From IMG/VR virus record IMGVR_UViG_3300029705_000100, positions 8,043-72,042 of that record: a stretch of 64,000 nt of DNA. One strand, given 5' to 3'. The stretch is from a virus. Lineage: Duplodnaviria > Caudoviricetes. The position numbers and the translations under genes are program-made. The notes beneath the pieces are model-generated. The model did not search any database. It was given only the letters and a program-made list of their open reading frames with translations, and had not been told where the DNA came from. Shown here piece after piece: positions 63,716-64,000 of this stretch; position 1 is the stretch's first letter, and the number at the start of each line of letters is the position of its first letter.

Positions 63716-64000
63716 CCCTTGATCGTGCCGTCGCAATGATTGCTGCGCATCTGGGCGTGGTAGATGAAGAACGCATCAACGACATGAGCTATGTCTTCTT
63801 TGATGATGTTCTTCGGGAATAGGGTTACAAGCTGAACTACGAAGCGGTTGCCAACTACGCAGGCAATGCGTTCTGCGAAAAGAGCTGGGATATGATCCAG
63901 AAGAGCAATCCCTTCAATATTGTCGAAGCCCGCAGCGGCTCTCAGGCAATGGGAAGCCTTGCAAGCTTCCTGGGATCGAGCAAAATCACAATCATGGGAG
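63685..64000 (+). CDS. -1 frameshift extension of tail chaperone (gpGT-like), partial; TAG at 63820
   Basis: Heptamer AAAAAAC at 63685-63691; -1 frame open to the window end: TLDRAVAMIAAHLG...DVLRE*GYKLNYEAV. Confidence 0.72.

Larger units (their letters stand above)
1..64000. mobile_element. Large temperate phage/prophage region (SPbeta-like siphovirus organisation); extends beyond both window edges
   Basis: Terminase, portal, capsid, tail tube, holin/endolysin, DnaE, primase-helicase, SSB and tyrosine recombinase all present. IS and intron insertions suggest residence in a host. No host housekeeping synteny and no att site seen. Confidence 0.93.

Noticed and set aside
14486-64000. Fragmented phage genes as pseudogenes of a decaying prophage or sequencing errors
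   Set aside because: Every interruption in the replication and late genes is the same codon (TAG), in frame, with no accompanying frameshifts or TAA/TGA breaks, and a matching CUA tRNA is present.

Overview
This 64 kb window is part of one large temperate phage or prophage of a Bacillota (Clostridia-like) host. It has GGAGG RBSs, an SPbeta-like head/tail module, a DnaE-type replisome and a tyrosine recombinase. Layout: RemA-like gene and a tRNA (1-401); AT-rich cargo island with IS256 remnant, IS66, group IIC intron and a TNT-domain gene (0.5-14.4 kb); minus-strand replication module (14.5-22.7 kb); minus-strand early genes (22.9-44.4 kb); divergent control region (44.5-46.3 kb); plus-strand packaging, head, tail and lysis genes (46.3-64 kb). 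Two systems stand out. (1) The phage appears to read TAG as leucine: I count 39 in-frame TAGs in 23 otherwise intact genes, many at positions where the family has Leu, and it encodes a type II tRNA with Leu identity elements and a CUA anticodon (315-401). The supplied ORF track is fragmented for this reason. (2) A stand-alone reverse transcriptase (37621-38916) is followed directly by an array of nine ~150-nt units, each an 18-nt conserved motif plus a unique long hairpin, with two more dispersed copies downstream. It does not fit CRISPR, DGR, group II intron or single-retron architecture. Family names come from motif recognition by eye; no database searches were run.
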